Shown here piece by piece: positions 1 to 9,700 of a DNA stretch of 64,000 nt. Every line of letters starts with the position of its first letter. Position 1 is the first letter of the stretch. The DNA is from Candidatus Sericytochromatia bacterium. GTDB taxonomy: Bacteria > Cyanobacteriota > Sericytochromatia > S15B-MN24 > UBA4093. The position numbers and the translations under genes were made by a program. The notes beneath the pieces were generated by a model. It was not told the DNA's origin. It did no database searches and worked only from the letters and a program-made list of their open reading frames with translations. The stretch lies in NCBI GenBank assembly GCA_036676985.1, contig JAKFBU010000028.1, positions 27,664 through 91,663 of the forward strand. Reading direction: 5' to 3'.

Positions 1-138
1 GCATACCAGATGAACAACCGCTTTAACCATTTCTTAGTCTCAGGTTAGCCGTCCGATAAGAAAGAGGGCTTGGTTATGAAACGATAAAGAGGGTGTTAAG
101 TCATGGCAAGAAGTTTAAAGACGCTGTCAGGAGGCTCC

Positions 139-1269
139 ATGTCGAACCCGCTCCAGCGCTCATCCTTTGCGGTCACTCCCCTGGTCGCGCGGCGCCCTGC
201 CTCCACGGTGGGCAAGTCCCCGGTGCAGGCGGGCGGCGGGACGCTCGGCGAGGATTCGTTCCAGCGATCGCGCCCCTACGAGCCTACGAGCCGCATGACG
301 TCGAGCCAGGTCGCGGCCTACGGCAAGCTTACGGCCCAGCAGCGCGAGTCCTTCGACAAGGTCTTCTTCGGCGCGAACCGGATGGGCCAGGTGTCCCTCG
401 CCAAGCTGCTGGAGGACGGCCGCCTCCTGTCCAGCAAGGACCTGCGCAAGGGCGGGACCCTGCTCAGCCACCTGGATCGCCTCTCGACCCAGCCCCTCGC
501 GAGCGGCCTCAACCGCATGAACCTGCTGTCCGGCCTCCTCGAGCAGGCCGAGAACCCCGGCAACATCTCCCAGGGCGGCCGCGGGACCTGCACGGTGACG
601 ACCGTCGAGTACCTGCTGGCGAAGCGCTCGCCCGCGGAGTACGCGCGCCTCGTCACCGACCTCGCGAGCTCCGGCGGAAAGGCGGTGCTCGCCAACGGCG
701 CGACCGTGAGCCGTGAGCCCGGAACGGCGAGCGCGGACGATTCCGGTCGCTCGGACGCGAGCCGCCTCTTCGAGGCCGCGATGATGGAGTACGGCAACGG
801 CTTGCTCGACTACAGCAACGAGAAGGACAAGCACGGCGTGGGCGGGGCCTCCATCCTGCCGGGCGGCCTCAGCAACGGCGACACCGTCAAGGTCCTGAGC
901 GGCGTCTTCAACGAGAAGTGGCGCTCCATCCAGGCGGTGCCCGTCCTCGGGCAGGTGCCCTTCACGAGCGTGGGGACCGGCCCCCTCTTCGAGAAGCTGG
1001 AGAGCTACGTGAAGAAGGGCCAGGAAGTGCCCATCGGCATGGACTGGCGCGGATCGGGCGAGTGGAAGCCCTCGGGCCACGAGGTGCTCGTCACCAAGAT
1101 CGAAGGCGGCCGGGTCTACTTCCGGAACCCCTGGGGCAACTACGACGCGCCCGGCACCGTGACCGACGGCAAGGGGAGCCCGGTGCGCCGCATTGAGGAC
1201 GACAAGGGGCTCGAGAGCATGACCGTCGACGAGTTCCGCAAGCGCTTGAAGGGCATCGCCGTTCGGTAG
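139..1269 (+). CDS. Putative papain/calpain-fold cysteine protease with low-complexity N-terminus
   Basis: QGGRGTC (Gln..Cys), SGHEVLV (His) and FRNPWG (Asn) in papain-fold order; AGGAGG RBS before ATG 139 (ORF is open from 103); no signal peptide. Confidence 0.7.
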   Translation: MSNPLQRSSFAVTPLVARRPASTVGKSPVQAGGGTLGEDSFQRSRPYEPTSRMTSSQVAAYGKLTAQQRESFDKVFFGANRMGQVSLAKLLEDGRLLSSKDLRKGGTLLSHLDRLSTQPLASGLNRMNLLSGLLEQAENPGNISQGGRGTCTVTTVEYLLAKRSPAEYARLVTDLASSGGKAVLANGATVSREPGTASADDSGRSDASRLFEAAMMEYGNGLLDYSNEKDKHGVGGASILPGGLSNGDTVKVLSGVFNEKWRSIQAVPVLGQVPFTSVGTGPLFEKLESYVKKGQEVPIGMDWRGSGEWKPSGHEVLVTKIEGGRVYFRNPWGNYDAPGTVTDGKGSPVRRIEDDKGLESMTVDEFRKRLKGIAVR

Positions 1270-1270
1270 C

Positions 1271-2881
1271 ATGACGACCCGCGACTTGAAGTCCGACCTC
1301 CTCGATCAGAGAGCCGCTCTTGCAGCGGCTCTTCTCGACGTTTCGCTCAAGCTGGGCCAGGGGCTCGACAAGCAGGGACAGCCCTACCAGTGGATGGTGG
1401 ACAGCCGCGAGCTGCTGCTGACGGGGCCTTGGCTCCAGATCGCCGCCCGCTTGATCTGGGAGCGGATCAAGCCTTACAAGCCGGAGATGGTCGGCGGCAT
1501 GACCCTCGCCGCCAACCCGCTCACCATCGCCGTGATGTACGAGAGCCGCGCGGACGGCATGCCCGTGGACGGCTTCATCATCCGCAAGGAGCCCAAGGAA
1601 GACGGCCTGCGCAAGCTGATCGAGGGTCCGCCCATCAAGCCGGGCGCCCGGGTGGTGCTCCTGGACGACATCGTCAACTCGGGAGACACCCAGAAGACCG
1701 CTCTCGAGGCCCTAGAGCCGACCGGCGCCGAGGCGGTGGCCGTGGGAGCGCTCATCGATTGCGAGCGCACGGGTGCCCAGTGGTTGCAAGGGCAGCATGT
1801 GCCCCTGGAGGCTCTGTTCACGCTCCGCGAGCTCGGGATCTCGCAGCAGGTGCCCGAGCAGCCTGAGTCCTGCCGCCTGCTCTGGACCCTGGACGGTGTG
1901 AACCGGGGTGGGTACCAGGCGCCCAAATCCACGCCCTGCTTCAGCGAGGAGGCGATCTTCGTGGGAAGCGACCGGGGGCTCATCCTCTCGCTGGACCAGG
2001 AGGGCCAGGTGCGCTGGCACCATCAGGTCCGGGACACGGAGCGGGGCGTCCACTCGTCGCCGGTTCTCTACAAGGGGCGGGTGTACGCGGGGGCCTACGA
2101 TGGTTTCCTTTATTGCCTCTCGGCGGAGACGGGCGAGTTGGTCTGGGAGGTGCGGCCCGGCCAATGGATCGGCTCCAGTCCTGCGGTGGACGAGGCGCGC
2201 GATCGCCTCTACGTGGGCATCGAGTACGGCGAGGCGGGCGGCAGCCTGATCGCGGTCGATGCGAACGACGGCCGGACCCTCTGGGAGCTGCGGGCCAACG
2301 GGTACATGCACGGGTCGCCGCTGCTGGATGCGGAGCGCGGCCAGGTGATCGTGGGAGCCAACGACGGCGTGCTGTTCTCGGCGGATGCCGGTACCGGGGC
2401 CGAGCGCTGGCGCTTTGCGACCGGTGGCGCGATCAAGGGCAAGGCGGCCGTGGATGACGAGGGGCGGTGCTTCACGGGCTCCTTTGACGGGAACCTGTAC
2501 GCCCTGGATGCCGGGACCGGTGCGTTGCTCTGGCAGCGTCGGTTGGGGCATCGGCTCTACACGACGCCCGTGTTGTGGCGGGATCTCGTGATCGTGGGCA
2601 GCTACGCCTCGCGCCTCGTTGCCTTGGATCGTCGGACGGGCCAGGTCCGCTGGGTGGCCACGACGGGTGGTCCCCTGATCGGCGGGGCGGCGATCGTGGG
2701 TGAGGACCGGGTGGCTGCGGGGTCCGCGGATGGCGGGTTCTACCTGTTCGATGCGGCCACGGGACGGACCCTGTTCCAGTTCCGGACGGGGGGCCAGATC
2801 ATGGGCACCCCGGCCGTGGGGCTCGGACAGGTGGTGGTGTCGTCGTTCGATGGAAAGCTGTACGGGTTTGAGGTATCGTAA
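1271..2881 (+). CDS. Orotate-PRTase-like (PyrE-like) domain fused to PQQ/BamB-type beta-propeller
   Basis: RKEPKEDG flexible loop and VVLLDDIVNSGDT PRPP-binding motif; C-terminal repeats such as LYCLSAETGELVW and LYALDAGTGALLW; 1 nt after the upstream stop. Confidence 0.85.
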   Translation: MTTRDLKSDLLDQRAALAAALLDVSLKLGQGLDKQGQPYQWMVDSRELLLTGPWLQIAARLIWERIKPYKPEMVGGMTLAANPLTIAVMYESRADGMPVDGFIIRKEPKEDGLRKLIEGPPIKPGARVVLLDDIVNSGDTQKTALEALEPTGAEAVAVGALIDCERTGAQWLQGQHVPLEALFTLRELGISQQVPEQPESCRLLWTLDGVNRGGYQAPKSTPCFSEEAIFVGSDRGLILSLDQEGQVRWHHQVRDTERGVHSSPVLYKGRVYAGAYDGFLYCLSAETGELVWEVRPGQWIGSSPAVDEARDRLYVGIEYGEAGGSLIAVDANDGRTLWELRANGYMHGSPLLDAERGQVIVGANDGVLFSADAGTGAERWRFATGGAIKGKAAVDDEGRCFTGSFDGNLYALDAGTGALLWQRRLGHRLYTTPVLWRDLVIVGSYASRLVALDRRTGQVRWVATTGGPLIGGAAIVGEDRVAAGSADGGFYLFDAATGRTLFQFRTGGQIMGTPAVGLGQVVVSSFDGKLYGFEVS

Positions 2882-2944
2882 GTCGGCTTGTCTCGTGGGG
2901 TCGGAGTGCCCTCGTACCGATCGGAGGCTGCTGAGTCGGCGACG

Positions 2945-3208
2945 CTGGATTCCCGCTTCCGCGGGAATGACGGGAGCGGTCTTTCAGGTCTTGTAGGAGA
3001 GCTACCTTAAGGCGCAAGTCGGCGCTCCCGTCACCCTCGCGAATGACGGGAGCGGTCTTTCAGGTCTTGAAGGAGAGCTACCTTAAGGCGCAAGTCGGCG
3101 CTCCCATCACCCTCGCGAATGACGGGAGCGGTCTTTCAGGTCTTGAAGGAGAGCTGCCTTTAGGCGCAAGTCGGCGCTCCCGTCACCCTCGCGAACGCGG
3201 GGGTCCAG
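2945..3208. repeat. REP-like palindrome pair enclosing a 3x76-bp tandem array
   Basis: Near-identical units start at 2965, 3041 and 3117; ends are ctggattcccgcttccgcgggaatgacg and its inverted variant cgtcaccctcgcgaacgcgggggtccag; each unit has gacgggagcg...cgctcccgtc arms. Confidence 0.9.
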
Positions 3209-3291
3209 AGTAGGGCCTACGGATGCACCTATTGGTGGGCGCCTGGCGTGATCGATGATGACGAGATCGGCGTGACTTTTCCTGAAATGCC

Positions 3292-4119
3292 TTAAATCTC
3301 GTTGAACCACATGTCGTTCACGAGCTCGGTCTTGCCATCCCGCACGAAGGAGCCTTGCTCCGTGATGCGGTTGCCGGCCGAGTCGCGCTGATCGACCTTC
3401 TGGCCGCCGAGACTCATCTGCGTGATGCCGAGCTCCGTGGGCTTCATGGCCTGGTTCGTGCCGTCGCCGTTGCTGACGAGCATCGTGAGGCCCTGATCCT
3501 CGAGCTTCTGGAGGTCGGCCTTGTCCAGGTAACCCTTGGAGACGTCGATGCCGGCCAGGGCGGCCTTGTCGCGGAGGTTCTCGTAGGCGTCCTTGTACTT
3601 GCCGCCCTCGGTGTCCAGGGGCTCGTCGCCCATGGCGAGCACGCCGTCGCCCTTTTCGGCCCACTTGGTGTGCTTGAGGCCGTCCACGTCGATGCCGTGC
3701 TGGTCGACCGTGGCGTTGGTGTCGCCGTCCGAGTTGAGGTCGAAGACCAGGGGATCGCCCCCGCCGCCACCATCGCCGCCGCCACCGCCGGAGTCTTGCT
3801 GGACGCTCTGGCCGGGCTGCCCAGGCTGGGCCGCGGGCTGGGCGCTCGGGGGCGGGGAGGTGTTGAGGAAGCACATGTCGAAGTCGGTGTCGCCGCGCGC
3901 CGCCTTCATGAGCTTGCGGTTGATATCTTCGGCCAGTTGCATGTGCTGCAGGGACATGGACGACACGATGCCGCCGCCGACCGCTGCGCTGTCCTGGTTG
4001 AGCGGGGCGACCGCCTCGCCGGCAGGCGCGGCCGCCGCGATCATGGCGGCCTCCGTGGCAGGCGCGGCCGCCTTGGGTAAGATGTTGGGGTCGATCGAAC
4101 TGGCGCGGATGGGCTCCAT
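3292..4119 (-). CDS. Protein with FrpC-like self-processing (Asp-Pro) module
   Basis: GGGGG-DPLVFDLNSDG, TKWAEKGDGVLA, ELGITQMSL and GNRITEQGSF resemble the FrpC self-processing module by eye; AAAGGTGG upstream of the ATG. Confidence 0.6.
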   Translation of the reverse strand: MEPIRASSIDPNILPKAAAPATEAAMIAAAAPAGEAVAPLNQDSAAVGGGIVSSMSLQHMQLAEDINRKLMKAARGDTDFDMCFLNTSPPPSAQPAAQPGQPGQSVQQDSGGGGGDGGGGGDPLVFDLNSDGDTNATVDQHGIDVDGLKHTKWAEKGDGVLAMGDEPLDTEGGKYKDAYENLRDKAALAGIDVSKGYLDKADLQKLEDQGLTMLVSNGDGTNQAMKPTELGITQMSLGGQKVDQRDSAGNRITEQGSFVRDGKTELVNDMWFNEI

Positions 4120-4199
4120 CGGTGGTCCACCTTTCCTGGATGCTTCTAATTAATCTTTCCCCGCGGAGGGTGTGTGGCTTGACTAAACGCTCATTAAAA

Positions 4200-5348
4200 G
4201 TGAATTCGCTCGCATTAAGAGTTCGTCATGCGTTCGCCGTGGCCCTCCTGGCCGTACAGGTGGCGATCGCCCCCGCGATGGCCGCCGAGCCGACCTTCCG
4301 GGACGACGCGGACAAGGACTCCTTGCTCATCGCCCTGGAGCGCCAGTGGTCGTACCTGGCCAAGGATCCGGGGACGAGGTTCGTGCTGGGCGATCGCCCC
4401 GTCACCCGCGAGGCCCTGCGCAAGACGAGCGAAGCCTTCCACCGCCTGGTCAAGGAGTCGTGGGGGACGCCCGAGTTCGAGCGTAAGCTCCGCGAGGAGT
4501 TCGAGCTCTTGCCCGCCTCCCAGTCGGCGCACGTGACGGGCTACTACCTACCCCTGCTGGAGGCTCGCCGGAAGCGGGACAAGACCTTCCGCTTCCCCCT
4601 CTACAAGCCGCCTTCGGATCTGATGCGCGTGGATCTCGGGGCTTTCCGGCCGCAGCTGTCCGGCGAGAGCATCTTCGGACGCATGGAAAAGGGGCGCCTG
4701 GTCCCCTACCACTCGCGCCTCGACATCGAGGATCGTGGGGCGCTGAACGGCAAGCGCCTGGAGATCGCCTGGGTCAAGGACGAGTTCGCGCGCTTCCTCC
4801 TGATGGTCCAGGGCTCGGGGCTCCTGCGGTTCGAGGATGGACGCATCCAGCCCGTGAACTTCGCGGGCTCGAACGGACGTCCCTACACCAGTCTCGGGAA
4901 GCTCCTGGTCGGCGACGGCAAGATCCCCCGGGAGCGCATCTCGATCCCAGCCATCCAAGAGTACTTCGCGGCGAAGCCCGATGAGCTGCACGGCTACCTC
5001 GTGCGCAACGAGAGCTACGTGTTCTTCCGGCTGGCGGAGTCCGGTCCGTTCGGCTCGGCCGGCGTCCTGCTCACGCCGGGGCGGTCCGTCGCGACCGACA
5101 AGAAGGTCTCGCCCGCAGGGGCGATCGCCTACCTGAGCTATCCCCGGCAGATGCTGGGTCCGGACCTCAAGCCCAGGGGCCTCGCCGAGACGGGCCGCTT
5201 CGTCCTGGACCAGGACACAGGCTCGGCCATCAAGGGCATCGGGCGGGTGGACACCTTCTGGGGCGGCGGGCCGGAGGCGGAGGCGATCGCGGGAACCCTC
5301 AACGCGACGGGGTCCATCACCTACCTGCTTCTCAAGGACTTGCGCTGA
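4200..5348 (+). CDS. mltA: Membrane-bound lytic murein transglycosylase A family protein
   Basis: TGYYLP, QGSG, YTSLG, NESYVFF, DTGSAIKG and D.FWG motifs; signal peptide ending AMA; start codon uncertain. Confidence 0.9.
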   Translation: MNSLALRVRHAFAVALLAVQVAIAPAMAAEPTFRDDADKDSLLIALERQWSYLAKDPGTRFVLGDRPVTREALRKTSEAFHRLVKESWGTPEFERKLREEFELLPASQSAHVTGYYLPLLEARRKRDKTFRFPLYKPPSDLMRVDLGAFRPQLSGESIFGRMEKGRLVPYHSRLDIEDRGALNGKRLEIAWVKDEFARFLLMVQGSGLLRFEDGRIQPVNFAGSNGRPYTSLGKLLVGDGKIPRERISIPAIQEYFAAKPDELHGYLVRNESYVFFRLAESGPFGSAGVLLTPGRSVATDKKVSPAGAIAYLSYPRQMLGPDLKPRGLAETGRFVLDQDTGSAIKGIGRVDTFWGGGPEAEAIAGTLNATGSITYLLLKDLR

Positions 5349-5440
5349 ATCATTCCCTGATCTTAGCGTCAGGCCTATATTAGCGGACTGGCTTGGGTAC
5401 AAAAGCGAGGCCGCTACTAGGTTTGACGAGGATTATTCGG

Positions 5441-6646
5441 ATGCCCTGCAAGTCGTTGCACTGCTTTCTACTATCGATCGTGGCGCTCTCCCTCATCGGC
5501 TGTACGCCGCTCGCGATGCCCAACGGATCGCTGCCTACCGGATCGCAGGGTGACAATCCCTTGACCACCGTGCCGCCGCTGACGACGGTGGCACCCCTGA
5601 CGAGGACGTCGGTGTCCGACCTCCAGCAACTTTCGGCCCTGTCGGCGCTGGCGGCCCTCAAAGGGGCGGGCGGTACCGTCAGCCTGGGATCCACCCCGGC
5701 GAGATTCGGCATCTTCGCCATTCCCGAGTCGACGGCCTCGTGGGTCCCCCTCGACGAGTTCGAGATCGCGGACGCGGGCTCCCGCATGCGCGAGCCCGCC
5801 GGCAGCCTCCGCTGGAGCTTCGCCATCGAGCAGGGCTACCGGGCGCCGGAAGGCGGAGCGGGCATGTTCCAGGGCCTCACGCTCGTGAGCAGCGTGGCGG
5901 ATGAACTGCTCGAAGAGGGCTCGCTGACCATGTACTACCAGCGGGAGGCGGGCGCGGTGGACGGCGAGTGGAGCGGGACGGACGACATGATTGAAGACGT
6001 CGTCACTTCCTCGATCCGGCCGGTCGGGCGTTACGTCCGGGAGCGGAGCGCCGTCCTGCGCTTCGTCGGGGACGACGAACTCCAGGAGGCGACCGAGAGC
6101 ATCACCTTCACGCCCGGTGGCGGCTCGACGAGCTTCGCCAACCAGCAGGTGCGTTCGGTGAGGCGCATGGCCTCTGGCGATGAGGTGTATCGGCAGCAGC
6201 TGTCGGGTCGCTTGCCGAGCGGCCACAGTTTCCTCCAGACGCGAGCCGGCACCCAGAGCCTCGAGGTGATGGCCTTTTCGGACGAAACCAGGGTCACGCT
6301 CGCCGATGGGCGCTACCTGTCGACGGTGGTGCGGGTGACGGGCACCCCGGATTCCGGACGGAATCTACTTCAGGCGGTCGAGCCCGACTCGGCCATCCGG
6401 GTGGCGCTGCACCGTGCGGACGGCAGCCGACTGGTTCTCCTGGCCCTCGACGCGTTCGAGCCGCAAGCGGCTGAGCGGACCATGCGGACGGGAGGCCAGG
6501 TGCTGGACGGCGAAGACCGGATGGTCGGGACCTTCGAGGGCACGATCGACTTCTCGGCGTCGACCTGGCGCGGGAAGGTGAGCTTCATCGACGGCACGGA
6601 GAGCCTTCTGACCCTGGATGCCATGACGCAGGCGCTGACCCGCTAG
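5441..6646 (+). CDS. Hypothetical lipoprotein with LTTVxP repeats
   Basis: Lipobox LIGC; PLTTVPPLTTVAPLT near the N-terminus. Confidence 0.7.
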   Translation: MPCKSLHCFLLSIVALSLIGCTPLAMPNGSLPTGSQGDNPLTTVPPLTTVAPLTRTSVSDLQQLSALSALAALKGAGGTVSLGSTPARFGIFAIPESTASWVPLDEFEIADAGSRMREPAGSLRWSFAIEQGYRAPEGGAGMFQGLTLVSSVADELLEEGSLTMYYQREAGAVDGEWSGTDDMIEDVVTSSIRPVGRYVRERSAVLRFVGDDELQEATESITFTPGGGSTSFANQQVRSVRRMASGDEVYRQQLSGRLPSGHSFLQTRAGTQSLEVMAFSDETRVTLADGRYLSTVVRVTGTPDSGRNLLQAVEPDSAIRVALHRADGSRLVLLALDAFEPQAAERTMRTGGQVLDGEDRMVGTFEGTIDFSASTWRGKVSFIDGTESLLTLDAMTQALTR

Positions 6647-6777
6647 CGGGATCCGTACCACCCAGGACTGGTTTCCGCTTCCTCGCTCGCCCGGGGAGAG
6701 ACTGGGCGAGCCGTCGGGTAGAACACAGTAATGTGTTCTAAACGGAGGCTTCGCATGTACGTCTCGAGGATCCGGCG

Positions 6778-9700
6778 ATGAGCCAAGAGCTCGGTGGCCG
6801 CTATGAGCTGGTCCGCCCCCTGGGAGAGGGCGGGATGGGGCAGGTGTTCCTGGCCGTCGATCGCCAGACCCGCCAAGAGGTCGCCCTCAAGGTCCTCAGC
6901 CAGGAGCTCGCCCACTCGCCCGAGGCCCGTGTGCGCTTCCGCGAAGAGTTCCTCACCATGCGCCGGGTCGCTCACCCGCGCGTGGTCGCGGCCTACGACT
7001 TCGGCGCCCTCGCGGACGATCGCCTCTACATGGCCATGGAAGTGGTCCCCGGGCCGGGGCTCGAGGAGCAGATCCCGCTTCGGGCCGAGGTCGCCCGCAC
7101 GTACCTCGTACAAGCTCTGGAAGGCCTCGCCTATCTGCATGCGAGCGGCCTGATCCACGGCGACCTCAAGCCGGACAACCTGCGCCTGGGAGCCGATGGC
7201 GCTCTCAAGCTCATGGACCTGGGCCTCGCGGTCCCCGTGGGCGCGCAGCCGCGCTCCGTGCAGGGAACGCCCCTCTACCTCGCGCCGGAGGCCGTTCGGT
7301 GCGATCGCCTCGACGGACGGTCAGACCTCTACGCCCTGGGAGCCGTGTTCTACCACCTCCTCGCCGGGCACCCGCCCTTCGCGGCGGAGTCCGCCGTGCA
7401 GTTGCTGCAGGCACACCTGCATGAGGCACCGGTTCCGCTTGCCGAGCGCGTGACCGGCGTTCCCTCGGACCTGGCAGCCTTGATCGACGCGATGCTCGCC
7501 AAGGCCCCTCAGGACCGCCCGGCATCGCCTGCCGCGGCCCTGCGCATGCTCGGCCTCGAGCCGGGGGCGTCCGCAGGTCTTCTTCCTGCGCCCTTCGTGG
7601 GCCGGGTGTCGGAGCTGGAGACACTCGTCGGGCGCCTGGGCGGCGAGCAACTCACCAGCACCGTCGTTGCGGGCCCCTTGGGCATTGGCAAGAGCCGGCT
7701 CTTGCAAGAGGTGGCGTCCCGTCTGCAGGTCGCTGGCCGCACGGTCGTCTCCACGACGGCCGAGCCGACGGCGCAGCCCCTGGGATCGCTGTCGCCGCTG
7801 CGCCGCAAGCTCGAGTCGATGGTCGCGGATGCGGCCACCCTGGAAGGCATTCGACGCGTCCTAGATCAAGCGGGTGATGTCCTGGACCCGCGTTCGGCGA
7901 TGCTCGCGCGCCAGGGAGCCTGGCAGGAGCTCGTGCAGGCGGCGGCAGGCCGACTGCCCCTCGTCATCGCGATCGACGACTGGGAGGCGGCGGACGAGGC
8001 CAGTCGCAGCGTCGTCTCGGGGCTAATCGATCGCCGGGACCTGCGGGTCGGCTTTCTGCTCGCGTCCACCGACGAAGGAAGCGCCGACGCGCTTTGCCTG
8101 GGGCCGCTCTCCGAGGTGGAAGTGGGCGAATTTGCCGCGCGGTCGCTGGGACTGACCGAGGTCTCGCCCTTGCTCGCGGCGGGCCTCGTCGAGCGCTCCG
8201 GCGGTAGCCCGCTGCTGGTCGAGGCGCTGCTCGCCGAGCTGGTGAAGCAAGACGCCATCCCCCGCGAGGGCGACCTGTGGCGGACGGACAAGGTCGACTG
8301 GGCCCGGGCCAAGCTGCCCGAGGGTGCTCAGGGCTTGATCCGGCGCAGGGCGGAGGAGCTGTCCGAGGCCGAGAAGTCGCTCGTCCGGGCCTTTGCGCTG
8401 TTACGCCAGCCGCGCGCATTGATAGATGTCGGGGCCTGGCTGGGCTGGGAAGAGGGCCCGCTCGTCGCGGCGGCCGCCGGTCTTCGGCAGAAGGCCTTCC
8501 TGAGCGAGGGAGAGTGGGGCATGCGCCTGGCGCAGCCGGCCATGGCTCCCGTGTTGCTCGAAGGCTGTGCCGTCGAGGAGCTGCACCGGGCGATCGCGGC
8601 CGGCCTGGAAGCACGGGCCGCCGAGGACGATGCCCCCGATCTCGCTTTCCACCTCTTGGCGGCCGGCGAGCCGCAAAGGGCCCTGCCGTTCGCCATCAAG
8701 GGTGCCCGCCTCTTGCTCGGGCGCTACGGGCTGCAGGAGGCGGAGCGTCTCCTCGCGTCGACTCTGGAGCTTGCCGCGGGTGACGACCGCTCGCAGGTCC
8801 AGGAGCTGAGGGGCGACCTCCTGCGCATGCGGGGCGACCTCGCCGAGGCCGAGGCATGCTACCGCGAGGCCCTGGAGCACCGGAACGGCCGAACCGCGCA
8901 CCTCAAGACGAGCCTATCGCTCGTCTGCCAGATGCTCTCGCGCTTCGACGAGGCCCTGTCCTTCGCTCGGTCCGGTGCCGACGCCGCCGCCCAGGAAGGC
9001 CTTCCCGGCGAGGGGGCGCGTGCCTGGACGACGGTCTCCCGGATCCACAGCTTGACCGGGGACATGGCCCAGGCCGAGGTGGCCGCCCAGCGTGCGCTGG
9101 AGTTGGCGCGCGCCGGGCATGCGCGTGGCTTCGAGGCGGAGGCCCTGGGGCTGCTCGGCTACTACAAGGTCGCCGAGCCCGGCCAGGCGGAGCAGGCGAT
9201 CGCCTACCTCCAGGAAGCCCTCGCGATCCGCACGGAGCTCGGGGACCGGGTGGGCCTCAACGACGCCTACATGTTCCTCGGCAACGCCCAGATGGCGCTC
9301 GGCCGCTACCCCGAGGCGCACGAGACCTTCGAGCGCAACCTCGCCCTGTGCCGGGAGCTCGGGGCGGCGCGCAACGACGAGATCACCGCTCTCTTGAACC
9401 TCGCGCAGGTGGACGCAGAGGCGGGGGCGCTGGACCCGGCGCTCTCGCGCCTGTCAGAAGCCCTCGACATGGCCGAGGCCGCGGGCGACCAGTTCCTCAA
9501 GGGTTATGCGCTCGCTCTGCGGGCACGCGTCAGGGCCGAGCTCGGCCAGCTGGCCACCGCCCTGGAGGATGCCCGGGGTGCCCGTGCGCTCGCGGATGAA
9601 TTGGAGAGCAAGTACCTGGCGCTGGTAGCCGAGGCCTTCCACGCCCAGGTCCTCCTGGCGGCGGGCGATCGCCTCGGGGCCCTGGAGAGCCTCCGCACGG

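Noticed and set aside
2965-3192. CRISPR array interpretation of the 76-bp repeats
   Set aside because: Whole units are near-identical with no unique spacers, and there are no cas genes in the window
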